DNA of 55,277 nucleotides, the filler included, from Jimgerdemannia flammicorona (Eukaryota), in the NCBI GenBank assembly GCA_003990765.1. It is 3 parts of 3 records of this genome, joined end to end, with 100 filler letters (N's around TTAATTAATTAA, not from the genome) between each part and the next. Parts side by side here need not be neighbours in the genome. Positions count along the whole stretch, not along the records: positions 1 to 18,361 come from RBNJ01002227.1; 2 more parts are not named here. One strand, written 5' to 3'. The notes under the pieces were generated by a model. The model was not told the origin of the DNA. It saw only the letters and a program-made list of their open reading frames with translations, and made no database searches. Shown here one piece after another: positions 1 to 12,196 of the stretch. Both the position numbers and the translations under genes were made by a program. Position 1 is the stretch's first letter, and each line of letters begins with the position of its first letter.

Positions 1-658
1 AAAAAACAAATCTAAAAGAATCTTAAAAATGAAAAAAAAAAGCTAAAAAAGTAGTTCTTAATAAAGATAACTAATAAAATTCTATAATATTTCAAAGGTT
101 CTATAACTAGTATATATGAAAGTTGATTTAAATTAATAATATGAATTAAGAGAATAGATATTTGATCATAATATTTGAATCTAATTTCCAAATATAGTAT
201 AGCCTTATGAATAGTAGTTATTTTACAAATGTTAAAGTTTTGATAAATATTAACATTTTTACAAATATTAAGATTTTACAGATGTTAAAGATTTAACAGA
301 TATTAAGGATTAATACTTATAAAAAGTAACTTATAGGAAACTAGTCATAACTTAACTATCTTATAGCTAGCAAATATATATAAATATTCTCAGTATCTAG
401 AGTAAATAAACCTCAGATCAAAATAGTTTAAAGAAAAGAAAAAGTAAGAAAACTAGTAAGCCTATGGACAGATATATATACTTTAAACTTACTAACTATA
501 TCCTGAGGACTCTGCAGAGTTAAAGAAGATTAAGTTTTTAAGATATAGAAATCTAATATACTTATACATATATCTACTATATTACAACTTAGTACTTATT
601 AGCTAGTGATTTAAGATAAATCTCTCACTTTCAAGCTGAATAATAAACAACTACTATC

Positions 659-660
<2 letters not shown>

Positions 661-732
<72 letters not shown>

Positions 733-2350
733 GTCTCTTGAACTTCTATATTTATTACCAAATCAATTTATACTATTAATACAATACTCTAATCTCCTAC
801 CTAATCCCTCTAGGAGGTTTCCCCCTTTCTTTCTCTCCTACTCTCTTATATCAAAATACTACCTAACTATTAATAATAGCAACTCTTTCATTACTTTTTA
901 TACAAATCTCCTCTACTAGGTGGTGATGATAACTACTCTAGGGGCCCCACTCTCTATATCAGTCAGATATAATATCTACTATCAGTTTCTCTCACTATAC
1001 TATCTTCTTCTTCAACTCTATCTATCTCCTCTTCTCAAATATATATAGCTAATATCTAGCTAACCCAATCTATACTACTAAAGCCCATCTGATAATAAGT
1101 TACTCATTATTAATACAACATCTTCAAGTTCCTCCAATAATCACCCTCTCTATCCTCTTACCCCTCTATCTCTAAATAGCTATCAATCTTCACTCAGAAG
1201 TCTCTAAGGACCTTATACATATTCACCTAGTCAATGTTCTGATATCTGTATAAAACCTCTCATCTGCCTAATATTATAATACTCTTTATAATCAAAGATT
1301 CTATCAATAACTAAATATCTTAAATAAAAGTTCAATATAATATTTCTCTTCAGTAAATAGGAGGAAGTTACTACTATATCTCAGCATTCTATATCTAGAT
1401 ACTAGTCTAGTTCTACTTCTTACTAATACTAACTATCTGCTAGCTAACTAGCTACAGATCCTGACCTATATTCTATTAGTACTCTAATCTAGTACTAATA
1501 TTAAAGTCTACTAGAGGAGAGCCATTCAGCAGCAACCTATCTTATCTCTATATCACCAGACTCTAGTATATATATCTCTCCTTCAGCACCCCTCTAGTAC
1601 AAATCAATACAATGAGCACCATCTACCATCCTCTATCAGAACCTCTTAAACTATAGATACCTACTATCTATCAGATCAATCATTAATAGCAAATCATTAA
1701 AGAATTCTCTAAGAGAGAACTATATCTTCCAAACTCTCTATATCAAAGATATCTATCTACCTCTGTATAGCTTAGCAGTCCTCTTTAACCACTAAGTCTA
1801 AAGACAATATAATCTCTTCAGAAAGTCCACCAGACTAATATCTTCTCTATTAACTAGAGTTTCCAAGACCTCCCAACTAATCTGACTCCTTTCAGTCCAA
1901 ATCTAATTCTTAGCTACCTTCAACAACCTCTTCACCACTTATGTAAGAAAGTTCAGATAATATGTCAGATATCAGAGCTTTAGCAGCCAGTAGATATTTA
2001 GAATTGATATGTATCTGCTCAGTAAGAGAAATATAGTACCCCTCCTAACTCTGAAGAATGTCCCCCCATTCTTCCACTTTCTGCTCTCACTATACTTTAA
2101 ATAAGACTAAACTATACACTAATAAGAAGATGTCCAGATATATACCTCATAGCCTCCTCTATAGAGATAATAGTTTCAATAATATCTCTATTAACCAAAT
2201 CATTTTCCAGTACTATTGTTTCACACTTATATCAATTGAGTTTTACCCCAGAGTATCTCTCATATCAATTCACCATTGTTCACAATATTCCCACATCAGT
2301 AATAGAGTCAAGTCCAACTACTATATTATTTATAAAGGCCCCAACTTTTC
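661..2350 (-). mobile_element. Heavily decayed 3' part of an L1/Tx1-like LINE with a 69-nt poly(A) tail
   Basis: T-run 661-729 is followed by ATAGTCTCTTGAACT...TTTATTA, matching the LINE 3' ends at 36921 and 40778. The interior is colinear with ORF2 3' regions (TATAAAGGCCCCAACTTT at about 2331 vs GCAAAGGCCCCAACTTT at about 38533) but AT-shifted. Confidence 0.85.
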
Positions 2351-2354
2351 AGAA

Positions 2355-5300
2355 ATATGTCTAAATACTTAACTAATTTTTATAAATTATAATATTTAAG
2401 CTATCTGATTTTTATAGTTCTAAATGTTTTAGTTAGTATAACTCACTATATATAGATATTGATCTGATCATTCTCATATATACTTTCATCCCAGTAACCC
2501 AGACATAGGAGCAGATCTCTTAACTCATCTTTCACCCAGTCACTCATTACTCTGACTTCCAAAACCTCCTTAGCCTCTACATATCCACCTCTATATCATT
2601 GTCCACACCAAATATAGACCCCCAAAGCTCTCTTTTCTATTAGCACCTAGAGCTATAGCTGAATCTAAACTCTGAGCTAGAACAGACTCCTACTGAGAAC
2701 TCTACTAAAGTCCTTACTGAGGCTCATATAGAGGCCCCTGCTGAGAGATACCCATTGAGGTATAGCCCAAGGTCCTAGCAATGAAATTGCCTATATTGTC
2801 TTTCTTGAGTATAATGTCACTAGGCCTGGTATCTCAGAACTCATCTCCCATACTATCTTTAAAACAGATACTAGCAGATATAGAGATAGAACAAGTATAG
2901 ATAAAGGTAGTATCAGAGGTAGATAAAGTAGTTGAGTTTGAGAGATTGGTGGAAATGATGAAGATAGTTGACTTAATTATATACCAGCTTAGGGTATATA
3001 TTGTAGATGAAACTGATAATTGGGGTTTTTTGAATTCTGTTATTTTATATATATATTTGAGTAGTAGAGTGAGAGAGGAGAGAGAAATTAGTAGAGAATA
3101 GAGAACTGGTAATAATAAAGTATATTAATTAATCAATTCTTCCTCTATAAATATAAGCTTCTGCTCACTTTACCTAGTTATTATATTGTGGCTTATGATA
3201 ATCTTATACTTTTTCTATCTATAAGCACCAATATCTCTATAGTATATGCACATATACTACTACTTAGATTTATTTATTGTATGACTAAAAATGAATAATA
3301 TGTGAATAAGGAGAAGGAATTTTAGTCACTATACTCACCTCTGGTAGTATATTGCTATGAGGATATTTAAGCTGAAGAAAGAATATGAGTATGTTTTCAA
3401 TTATGTCATTGAGCATAGAGTTTTTATAGAGAGAAGATGTTGAATATAAGTAAATTAGGGCTTGATAAAGTAGAAAAAGTGGGAGCAAAGTAATCACAAT
3501 GCCTACAATAAATAATTCTATATCAACTTACTAATATTAACATTCTGCTACTTTTTTTCTCATCATTCTCAGTAGTTAGAGAATATTTGGTTGAAGTTCT
3601 TATTCTTAAGAAAATCTTGCTAATTCTCTATACTATCTCTAGTGAGAACACAGCGGCTCCTTTCTCCACTACCTTACTGGTCACAAGGTTTGGTAGGTGA
3701 CCTTCCGAGTCCTCTTTCCCCTAATATTACCCCCTCTACCTCGAGTTGGTTTGCTGTGCCTACAGGGGCATAGTGGGAGGAGGGCAATGGTGCTGAGTTG
3801 CCCCTTTATCGGTGTCGGATCGGTGCTTCCACCACTTTTTCACGGATTCTGGTACCTTCAGCTATGTCTGGGGTATACTCATTTTGGTGCGGCGCCTTCT
3901 TCCTTTTGCCGTCACCAACAAAGAGTTGTCTCGGTGTGTCTCAGACTACGTAGGGAGTCAGCTGACCTTGGGCATCAAGTGCTCAGTGTAGGTTACCTGC
4001 AGGTCCTTGGTGCCTGTGGTGGGGCCCTCTGGCTTTGGCGAGCTTCCCAGCGAGCACGGTTCTGGCTTAGGTGACTGCTTTTTGGGTGTTGTCAGGATGG
4101 GAGGGGAGATGGCCATCACAGATAGGTGGAAGGGCGATTACGGTAAACCAGTAGGGTGCCAGGCTGGGGGCAGTTGTCGGGGCTGGGGCAGGTGCTGCTT
4201 TGGTGGGGCCTTTTGATTGGTGTGGCATGGTTAGGTGGTAGGTGTCACTCTCAGCTTCTTTTGGCGGGTAGCGGGGTGAGGCCCCAGTCATCAGGGGGGG
4301 TCGGGGGGCCTGAGGCTACCCATTTCAGGCATCTTGGCTGCACTCAACTGGAACCGGGAGCTGACACGGCAATGTGATCGAGGCCCACAGGCTTGAGTAG
4401 TGGGGTATTGGGGGTTTTCTCCTGCCTCACGTGTAAGTCCTTTACTCACCTCGACTGGGAGAACCAGGCCCTACCCACTGTATTGTGCTTTGATGAGGGT
4501 TTTTTCTTTGCCTGTCATTCTCTTTGGGGTGGCAGGGGCTATTCTATTTGGCTTGGGCGTGGCCTTATACATACATTGGGTTCTCAGGCATGCGCTTTCG
4601 GTCATTGGTGTATGGTTGGGTTTTCCCCTGGTGGTAGGGAGAGCATGGTGTGCAGAATGAGGTGCGGGCTTATTAGCCCTGCTGCACCTGGCATGGTCGA
4701 GCTGCTGGACAATAGCTAGCCTAGGTTAATGGGGGGGCAGTGCTTGGTGAGTGGTGGGGGAGGGTTTTGGCCTATATAGTCTAGGTTCCCTTCCAATAAA
4801 AATCTGCGGGACATGAGTCCGTTAAACAAAAAATCTCTAGTGAGAACAAGACTACTTGGCTCAAGACTGCTTAAGACCTCAGCATTTCCCACAGAGTGCT
4901 GTTACACAGTCTCTACTCTTGCAATTACCTGCATAGAGCAGAAGTAGCCCAGCTACTATGACAATTGAGTTCTCTACTATAATGGCTATATTGATTAAGA
5001 TAATCAAGACAACTGTACCAGTAGTGCAGAAATTACTAACTGTGATAGACCTAAATATAGATATATTGGTTGTAGTCATAGAGATTGCCATAATGACTAA
5101 TAGAGAAGTCAGAGTCAATGAAGTAGCTGATAATACTGAACCTCAAAAATAGGTATCAGTAGTTAGTATAAGGAAGCAGTAGCAGATTTGCTGATAACTA
5201 GTCTACTCTAAATTTAGCTATAAGTGACTTTATAATTACACTTATATACTAAATTTATTATATTGTTTTTATATATATAATTTAAAAAAATATAACAAAA

Positions 5301-7435
5301 AAACACTTTACTATAGAATATAATTCACTATAATACTATAAATTTGCTAAATAATATCTTTAAGAACTTTAACCTCAATGGTCTTATTTCACTATCTACC
5401 CTCAACCTCAAACTAATGCTTCCAGACTTATTCCATTACTATATATATAAAATTCCATCTGTTGCTTCTTTGCTTCTACCTACTATAGATCCTCTTGTAT
5501 TTCTATCTGCTCACATATGTAACTCACATAAACATCTATTCTAAACTCATTAAATATATTCTGAAAGGCTTGCCAATGATTATCTATCAAGAAATTACTA
5601 AAGAGATTATAGTAAAAGAGATGTCAATATAGTAGTATATATTTGTAGAAAAACTGGCAATTACATTCTATTACTTGGTATTTAGAAATCAGTTTCCTCT
5701 TAATAATATATTCATAGAATGCATAAATCTCTCCAATAAGAAAAAGTTGAATTAGATATAGAAATCTAATAATAAATAGATATATTGATATCTTTAATAT
5801 TGACTTCATATAAAATTCTTATTCTGTAATTTGTATATGATTAAAATATCCATCATTCATCTCATGAACTATTCTGCATACATCAATTAATCCAAAGCTT
5901 ACATTTCCTTTTTATTTTATATTAGTATAATAGAATTTAACTAGGTTCATCAAAGTTATTTACAATAAGAGGAGAGAATACTGTCAGCTTCACATACTCT
6001 ATTTCTCTATATTGTTATATCAGTATCAATAAATATAAGTCTTCTTATTATCAAGTAGTGCTTTCTCAATAGCCTTATCAATTAAGTTCTCACATCCTAT
6101 GCATGTAGTCTTATATATCATCTGAAGCATTAGATTATATATCTTACTATAACTTGAAAGTTGTCATTCTAAGGTCTGCTGACAATGTCAGGTATAGTAA
6201 TATATATTTATATTTTATTCACTAGCTATTATTCTAGAAAAAGTATTTTTGATAGCATTTTCTTCAATAGCAGACTGGTTAATAAGAAAATATCATAGTT
6301 TCTAAGTATTTGTCTAGTATTTGAAAATTTGAAGACCTTGGGCAATAATTCTATATTCTTTACCACTGACAAAAAAAATATCTACCAGATAGCTAAAAAC
6401 TAAATATATTATATATCAATAAGGTATAGAGTTTTTATCCATATTTGTTAGTTTTATATATTAAGTCTATGATAATAAGTATACTATTTTTACAAAGAAT
6501 TTAAATATTGATTTTCTTTATAAAAGCAAATCCTTGATATTTAGAGTTGTCAAAATCTTCTGATAGCTATTTGATATGAGCCAATTCAGTACTATCTTTA
6601 AATCTTCAGATATATTCTTATTTCCAATAAAAGGTACATTTAATTCTTTATAAATCTTATATTATATGTTGAGAATTTAGTTCATCATCAAGAATCCAAT
6701 ATTCATCTCTTTTTCTTCAAATTGTTATATTATTACTTTATGAATAGTAGGTATATAGTAGCCTTTAGAGGTCTTGGCTTCAACAAACTTAATAATTATA
6801 CTTAGTGTTTTATTAATATTACTTATACTAAGATTATGAGTATAATTGAGACTACCAGAAGTTGTTTTGTGAACTATAACAATACTATGTTTGAGTATAA
6901 TAGTTATCTGAGCTTAGCAGAGATTTACATTATATTTGCTTGATTTTCTTTTCTTCTCTAATAATAGTTAGAGCTCTTTGAAAGATAATATATAGGAATA
7001 TATATCTTATTGCTTTTTAAATCTGCAGTAGTAGATCTTGGTCTATTCTTAATGATCTTTTTTCAATATTTTGATATTACTTAGCTGAGCTTAGATATTA
7101 TCAACTTTACTCTATTTTTTTTTTTTTTTAAATTCATCTTTAGGAAAACTAAATAGCTTCTCTATTTCAAAGAACTTTTAGCAGTCAATATTTGAGATTG
7201 AAGTATCATTAGAAGGATGAATAGAGGAGAACATAGAGAATATAAAGATAGAGTATAGATGAGAGATAGGTAAAAAGAATATATAAAACTACTTGTAGAT
7301 ATAAAATTACTGATAATTAATTATTAATGGCTATGACTCAGAATAGAGTTATACTAATTAAACTATTTAGAACTGTAAAAATTGGATAGCTTAAATATTA
7401 TGATTTATAAAAATCAGTTGAGTATTTAGACATAT
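2355..7435 (-). mobile_element. Decayed Mutator-like (MULE) DNA transposon with about 90-bp TIRs
   Basis: 2355-2444 and 7346-7435 are reverse complements differing mostly by transitions. The minus-strand relic reads 'IIAQGLQIFKY*TNT*KL*YFLINQSAIEENAIKNTF' (about 6240-6360) and 'LL*ITLMNLVKFYY' (about 5925-5970), which revert by transitions to MULE-like W.P.YFL.D.S..E.NAI and LLQVTSTN..ESYH. TSD not resolved. Confidence 0.7.
3651..4832 (+). mobile_element. 1.2-kb non-autonomous L1-like element, copy 1 (less mutated), inserted in the MULE
   Basis: 16-bp TSD ATCTCTAGTGAGAACA at 3635-3650 and 4833-4848; AATAAA plus A-rich tail at the 3' end. The degenerate peptide 'GFWYL...LSVGYLQVLGACGGALWL...RFWLR' resembles the post-RT part of local LINE ORF2 ('KLWYV...VSWDTLARPVVRGGLGL...AWWLK'). 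Confidence 0.8.
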
Positions 7436-7644
7436 ATATCTCTTTTTTGTAAAAGTAACTACTAATTAATCTTTTGAATTCTTTTCTAACTTCTTGAGTA
7501 TAGATAACTTCTTTATTAAGTATAATAAATATATTGAATACTTCTTAAATAGTTTTATTATTGAGTTTGTTGAATTTCTCTTAGCTGATTATATCTCAGT
7601 TTATTTAGTAATAATTCTATTGACTTCTTTAACTTAGTTCCAGA

Positions 7645-7838
7645 TAGTACTCCTAATGAGTTAATTTAAATCAACTCAAATCTCAATCTAAATCAACTAA
7701 TCAACTTGAATCTTAATTTAAATCATAAGAAAATTATAGAAATTAATTTAAATTAAGTCAAAAGTTAAGTTTAATAAGTTAATTTAAAATAACTTAAACT
7801 GATTATAATTAACTTCTTAAGACTCATTAAGAGTACTA
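7645..7838. mobile_element. hAT-type MITE, short copy (194 bp)
   Basis: TIRs TAGTACTCCTAATGAG...CTCATTAAGAGTACTA. The 8-bp flanks GTTCCAGA/GTTCTGAA differ only by transitions. Same TIR as 16510-17074. Confidence 0.75.
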
Positions 7839-8429
7839 GTTCTGAAAATAGATAGAGTAAAGATATTCTTTAGTTATTACTAATGATATTAGTGATATTA
7901 ACTAAGTTATCTATATTTATAGTAAGATTTTAGAGGAAACTTACTTATAGATAAGAGTAACTTCACTATTATCAAATTATAATAAAACTATATATTGATA
8001 GAATTAATATATTATAGATAATCAAGATGACTATTGGCTCTAAGTTCTGAGTTTTTGTAAGAAAGTACTAAGTTCTAATTACTTTTTATAGTAGTATAGT
8101 CTAAGTATTACTTTTAGATTCTTATACTGATAGTGGAAGTATCAAGCTTATATTCTAAGTTAATTAGGCTCAGAATTATTAATAAGTTAGATCTGATAAT
8201 TCTTTAATAAGAATACTGTTTTATATATTCTTATAGTTAAGAAAAGTGGAGCTAAAATTATAACATATTTAGTATAGAGGATATTTATACAGATTTTAAG
8301 CTATAACTAAATATAGTATACTGGGTATATATATCTATATATAGTTATACTATATTTAATATCTATAACTGCTAGTTGGAATTATTTTAATAATAAATAC
8401 TATATCTATTTTAGTAGTATTTTTTAATT

Positions 8430-9118
8430 TATATTTTAGTAAAATTATATTAGAGGGAATTTTTTAAATCTTAATATTAATTTCTATATCTTCATTATTA
8501 CTGTTCTCTGAGCTGAGGACTCATCTTTCTGATCTTTTTCTTCTTTGACTTATTCTATCTTCTGATAATTAATTTTTTTAATATTGATAGTATATTAATA
8601 ACAGTTATTAATTATAATATATTAGTTTCTATAAAGATATATTTCTTGAGAGATATATCTATTATATAGCAATCTTTTTATATTAGTAATTGATCTAGTC
8701 TATCTTTTTCTTCTTTTGTATAATTGTTATATATATTTCTTTTTTTTATTTACTAACTTCTTTCTTTATTTTAAAGAGTACTCCTTTATTGATATTGATT
8801 GGAATTCACATTTTCTATCTTTGATAGAATATTTGTATCTTCTGAACATTTATATCAATGACTGTTCTGGCTTTATAAAACCACTGATTATCAATAAGGA
8901 TATTATAATTAATTATATTAGTGATAATTATATTTACTAGAATAGTGGCTCCTCTAAACTTGATGGGAATATCTCAGAATTTTCCCAGAGGTGTAGCTTT
9001 TGTTCCATCTGCTGTGATGAACACCAATTTTATTGCTTCTTCAATTTTCCATCCTAGGTGGTCTATAGCCTTCTTATTGAGGAGACATCCTCTGGCTCCA
9101 GTATCAAGGTCAATGTCA
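8430..9118 (-). mobile_element. Relic Ty3/Gypsy protease region, related to the family at 18.7-33.4 kb
   Basis: 'DLDTGARGCLLNKKAIDHLGWKIEEAIKLVFITADGTKATPLGK' aligns with 'IIDTGARGCLMSKKAIDCLGWDIEESTKMVYVTADG..ATPLGK' of the tandem element. It becomes more AT-rich leftwards; left boundary approximate. Confidence 0.85.
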
Positions 9119-9890
9119 ATTGAGGGCAATGAGTGGACTGAAGGATAAATCGGCAAGACGAGACTACTGCCTTGCCCCCCTCCCTCTCTTCCACCCTGAC
9201 CTCTCTCAACGATCGCATTGAGATTGATATCAGCTATGTTAACTCTACAATGCTGAATTCAATGGCGCTGCTGAAGACTCCGATGACGAGAATGATATCG
9301 GGGAATCGAGTCATGGTGAGTCTTCTTTGTGTGATTCCAGCTTCATGCTTTGTTCCCTTTCTTGGCGTACTTTTTGTTGTTGACTTCACACTCTCCCTTA
9401 CCTTCCAACATGATCACATAATCGAAAGTGAGCAAACGACTCTGATGCTGGTCACCAACATGGGTTTTGTTCCTGGCGGCATTCGAAGAGTGAACGAGGC
9501 GAAGACGGTTAGGGGACCCGATCCGGGGGTCGCAAGCGGGTAAAGTTTAGGAGGTCCGTGCTGGCCGTCAAGGCCGCCAAGAGGATGGGGTGGGTTTAAT
9601 AAATGGTTCTGGAGGGTGGTCTCTTTTAACCTTGATCCTCGATTTGTTGGGTAATCGTGTATTTACATCTCACTATCCGCATCCGCAATGCCCAGGCATA
9701 TCCATCTTTCGTCTATTGGATCTTCAAAAATTCATGGGCAAAGATCAAAGGTACGTTCGCCCACCACCCTGTTCCCTCCACTCACATATTCCGATCCCAT
9801 TATCTAAATATATTAATCAACCAACTTTCCTCTTCTTACACCGCAGCATTCAAACCGACCACAGTCGACCGAGCCGTTCGCGTAACATAG
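9119..9890 (+). pseudogene. 3' exons of an unidentified spliced gene, 5' part cut off by the Gypsy relic
   Basis: CpG-rich exon-like blocks with GT-AG sites: 'AEFNGAAEDSDDENDIGESSH|GTGAGT', 'EQTTLMLVTNMGFVPGGIRRVNEAKT|GTTAGG', 'YLHLTIRIRNAQAYPSFVYWIFKNSWAKIK|GTACGT...CAG|AFKPTTVDRAVRVT*' (TAG ends 9890). In-frame TAA codons occur near the TE junction. Confidence 0.45.
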
Positions 9891-10242
9891 GAGTCATGCG
9901 AATGGGATATTTAGAAGGTGTATGTTGTAGGCGGACAGTCTTCGTGTTTTTGAACATTCCGTCGTTTGCATGTTTGCTCGTTAATACTATTTAATATCTG
10001 ATGCTGCAGAGCTCGCAATATATTCATTTTTATTTTCTCATTCGCTCGTGCTGTCGTTTGTAATTCTAATTTCTCCATCATTCACCGCGAATTACTCGCT
10101 CGGAGGGCATGATGTGATCGCACGGTCAATCAATGGCATTTGCAAATGCTCTTAGGCGATGACTTCCTTCCTCAAAACGCTCGTTAGGTTTTACACATGT
10201 TTATATACACGTGCACCGTTACCGCCCCACTATTTCTTCACG

Positions 10243-10696
10243 TCACGCTTCTTCTTCTTCTATGCCCCGAATATACAACACATTGTTGCATCTTATTAGG
10301 ACCTCACCCAGAGTGCCTATGGACAAACCGTCCTTGAACTCTTCTGTGTTGGCGAGCTATTTAAGTGGCGAGAACGTCAAAACGAGTTGTAAATGTGAGG
10401 CGTCATAAAGAGAGCACTATTTTATTTATTTATTTATTTATTATTTATTGTTATTTCAAAACCCCAAGAGATTGAACAGACCTGGAGGTTCATGTACGAG
10501 TCTATGGACATGAGATAACCCTTGTACTCCATGCCCCACTTCAGTTTGACGATGACGGGCTTGCCGGTCAGATCATTTAGGAACGGTTTGGGGTTCACGG
10601 GAACGAACTGAAGGTATAATTTGGACGGCAATAAATAAGCAAACAGGCCAGGGCCACTCCATAAGATCCAAAGCTTGTGATACTTACTGTAGCCAT
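10243..10696 (-). CDS. SMX3: Small nuclear ribonucleoprotein F (SmF), 3 exons, 82 aa
   Basis: Exons 10696-10688, 10607-10482 and 10356-10243 with GT-AG introns give [82 protein letters not shown], with canonical Sm1/Sm2 motifs. Confidence 0.97.
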
Positions 10697-10809
10697 GCCG
10701 TGTTCAGAAATAGACAAAGGACTGTATGTGTTTACCTTCCACAAAATTAATTAAATGGGTGGCGAAATCACAACAGTGACGTCACTTAACCCATCTCTGG
10801 CAACAAAAC
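10697..10809. promoter_or_regulatory. 113-bp bidirectional promoter with a CRE/ATF-type palindrome
   Basis: Head-to-head ATGs at 10696 and 10810; perfect palindrome AGTGACGTCACT at 10775-10786. Confidence 0.7.
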
Positions 10810-11276
10810 ATGGCAGCAACAGCAGTACCCTCGGCAACACTCCAGAGGCTCGCCCAACTCTCGTGCAAGCTCTTCAACAACTTGTACAATCCGACAAACG
10901 CCCGAACAGGCAACAAGGTGTTGCGCGGGCGTCTCCTGGGCCCGGCGCTGACGAGCTACTATCCGCAGAAGCTGCTGCACTTCCGAGATGTGAAGGCCGC
11001 TTATCCGAATCTGGGACTGGTGGATCTGGAGGAGAAGGAACGGTTGGATGAGATTGCGAGGAGGAAGAGAAGAGGAAAAGGGACGCCGAAGAAGGGTATG
11101 TTTTTGGTTACGGGTGGTCGAGTGTCTTGGGGCGTGTGATGTGCAATGGTTCTTGGCTTGGGGCAATGGTTCTTGGGGCAATGGTCCTTGGCGTGTGATA
11201 TACAATGGTTTGACACAATTTTGGCTAATAATTTTATTCAGGCCAAGGCAAACGCGCTTTGATAAAGAGGAAGTAG
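10810..11276 (+). CDS. RSM27: Mitochondrial small-subunit ribosomal protein mS33 (Rsm27), 2 exons
   Basis: 'LSCKLFNNLYNPTNARTGNKVLRGRLLGPALTSYYP...DLEEKERLDEIARRKRRGKGTPKKG'; intron 11096-11241 (GTATGT...CAG); last exon (G)QGKRALIKRK*. Confidence 0.93.
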
Positions 11277-11671
11277 ATCGTTTTCATTCACGAGACGATC
11301 ATATTGTCGCATTGTTGTATTGTTGCGAGAGCACCGCGGTCGGACAGGCCATACCATACCGTCGAATGCTATCCACCAACCCATATAAGAAAGAAGTCAA
11401 GGCAATAGAAAAATAAGCATTAAGCTCACTAATTGCAGATACCTCATATATTGATGCGGCCACTTTTTAAAATGTTACCTCTGGTGGCTTAGTATGACTC
11501 AAAAACAGACTTTTTTTAAAAGTGATCATCTCAATCGAGACACGTGAATTCGTTTCTCGTGGCTTGCGTACTCTCTCGCTACTTGCTACTTGACAAACTG
11601 AGATTAAAAAAGTATTATATATAAATAACTGAAATAACTGCCAAAATTCCCGCACCAAGCAGTAGCAAACC

Positions 11672-12165
11672 ATGAATTCCAGTAAGCTTAGGAAGATTAT
11701 TGTGCTAGTCGCCATTCGCAACCTCCCTAAGCATACCCATTCAATGACCCTCGACTATAGAGAATCTCAGCATCGCCGCCAGCGCCCTGCTCGGCAGCAT
11801 GTACCTCGACTCCAGGTTTCATATCCGTCGCGACCTCCACCAGGTTTACGTATCGGCCCACTATAATTTCATGTAAGCCTCTGCAGATGAGCTCTTGCGT
11901 TTCTTGCTATTTCCTTGATCCACACCACATCAAAATCATTCCGTGCGCAATTTGCGCCATCACGATCCACACCTAATGCCCTTAGTATCTTACATGCTTA
12001 TTCCCACCCAGGCACTGGCGTTTCACGCACGAGGATCGGATGAACCTCTACTTTCGGTTTGCGGACGCCGCCAAGAAGAATCCGGACAAGGTTTCACTCG
12101 TCTTCCAGGGACGCGACTATACGTTTCGCGAGCTGGAGAGGCGTGAGTATTCTTGAGAGAGAGAG

Positions 12166-12196
<31 letters not shown>

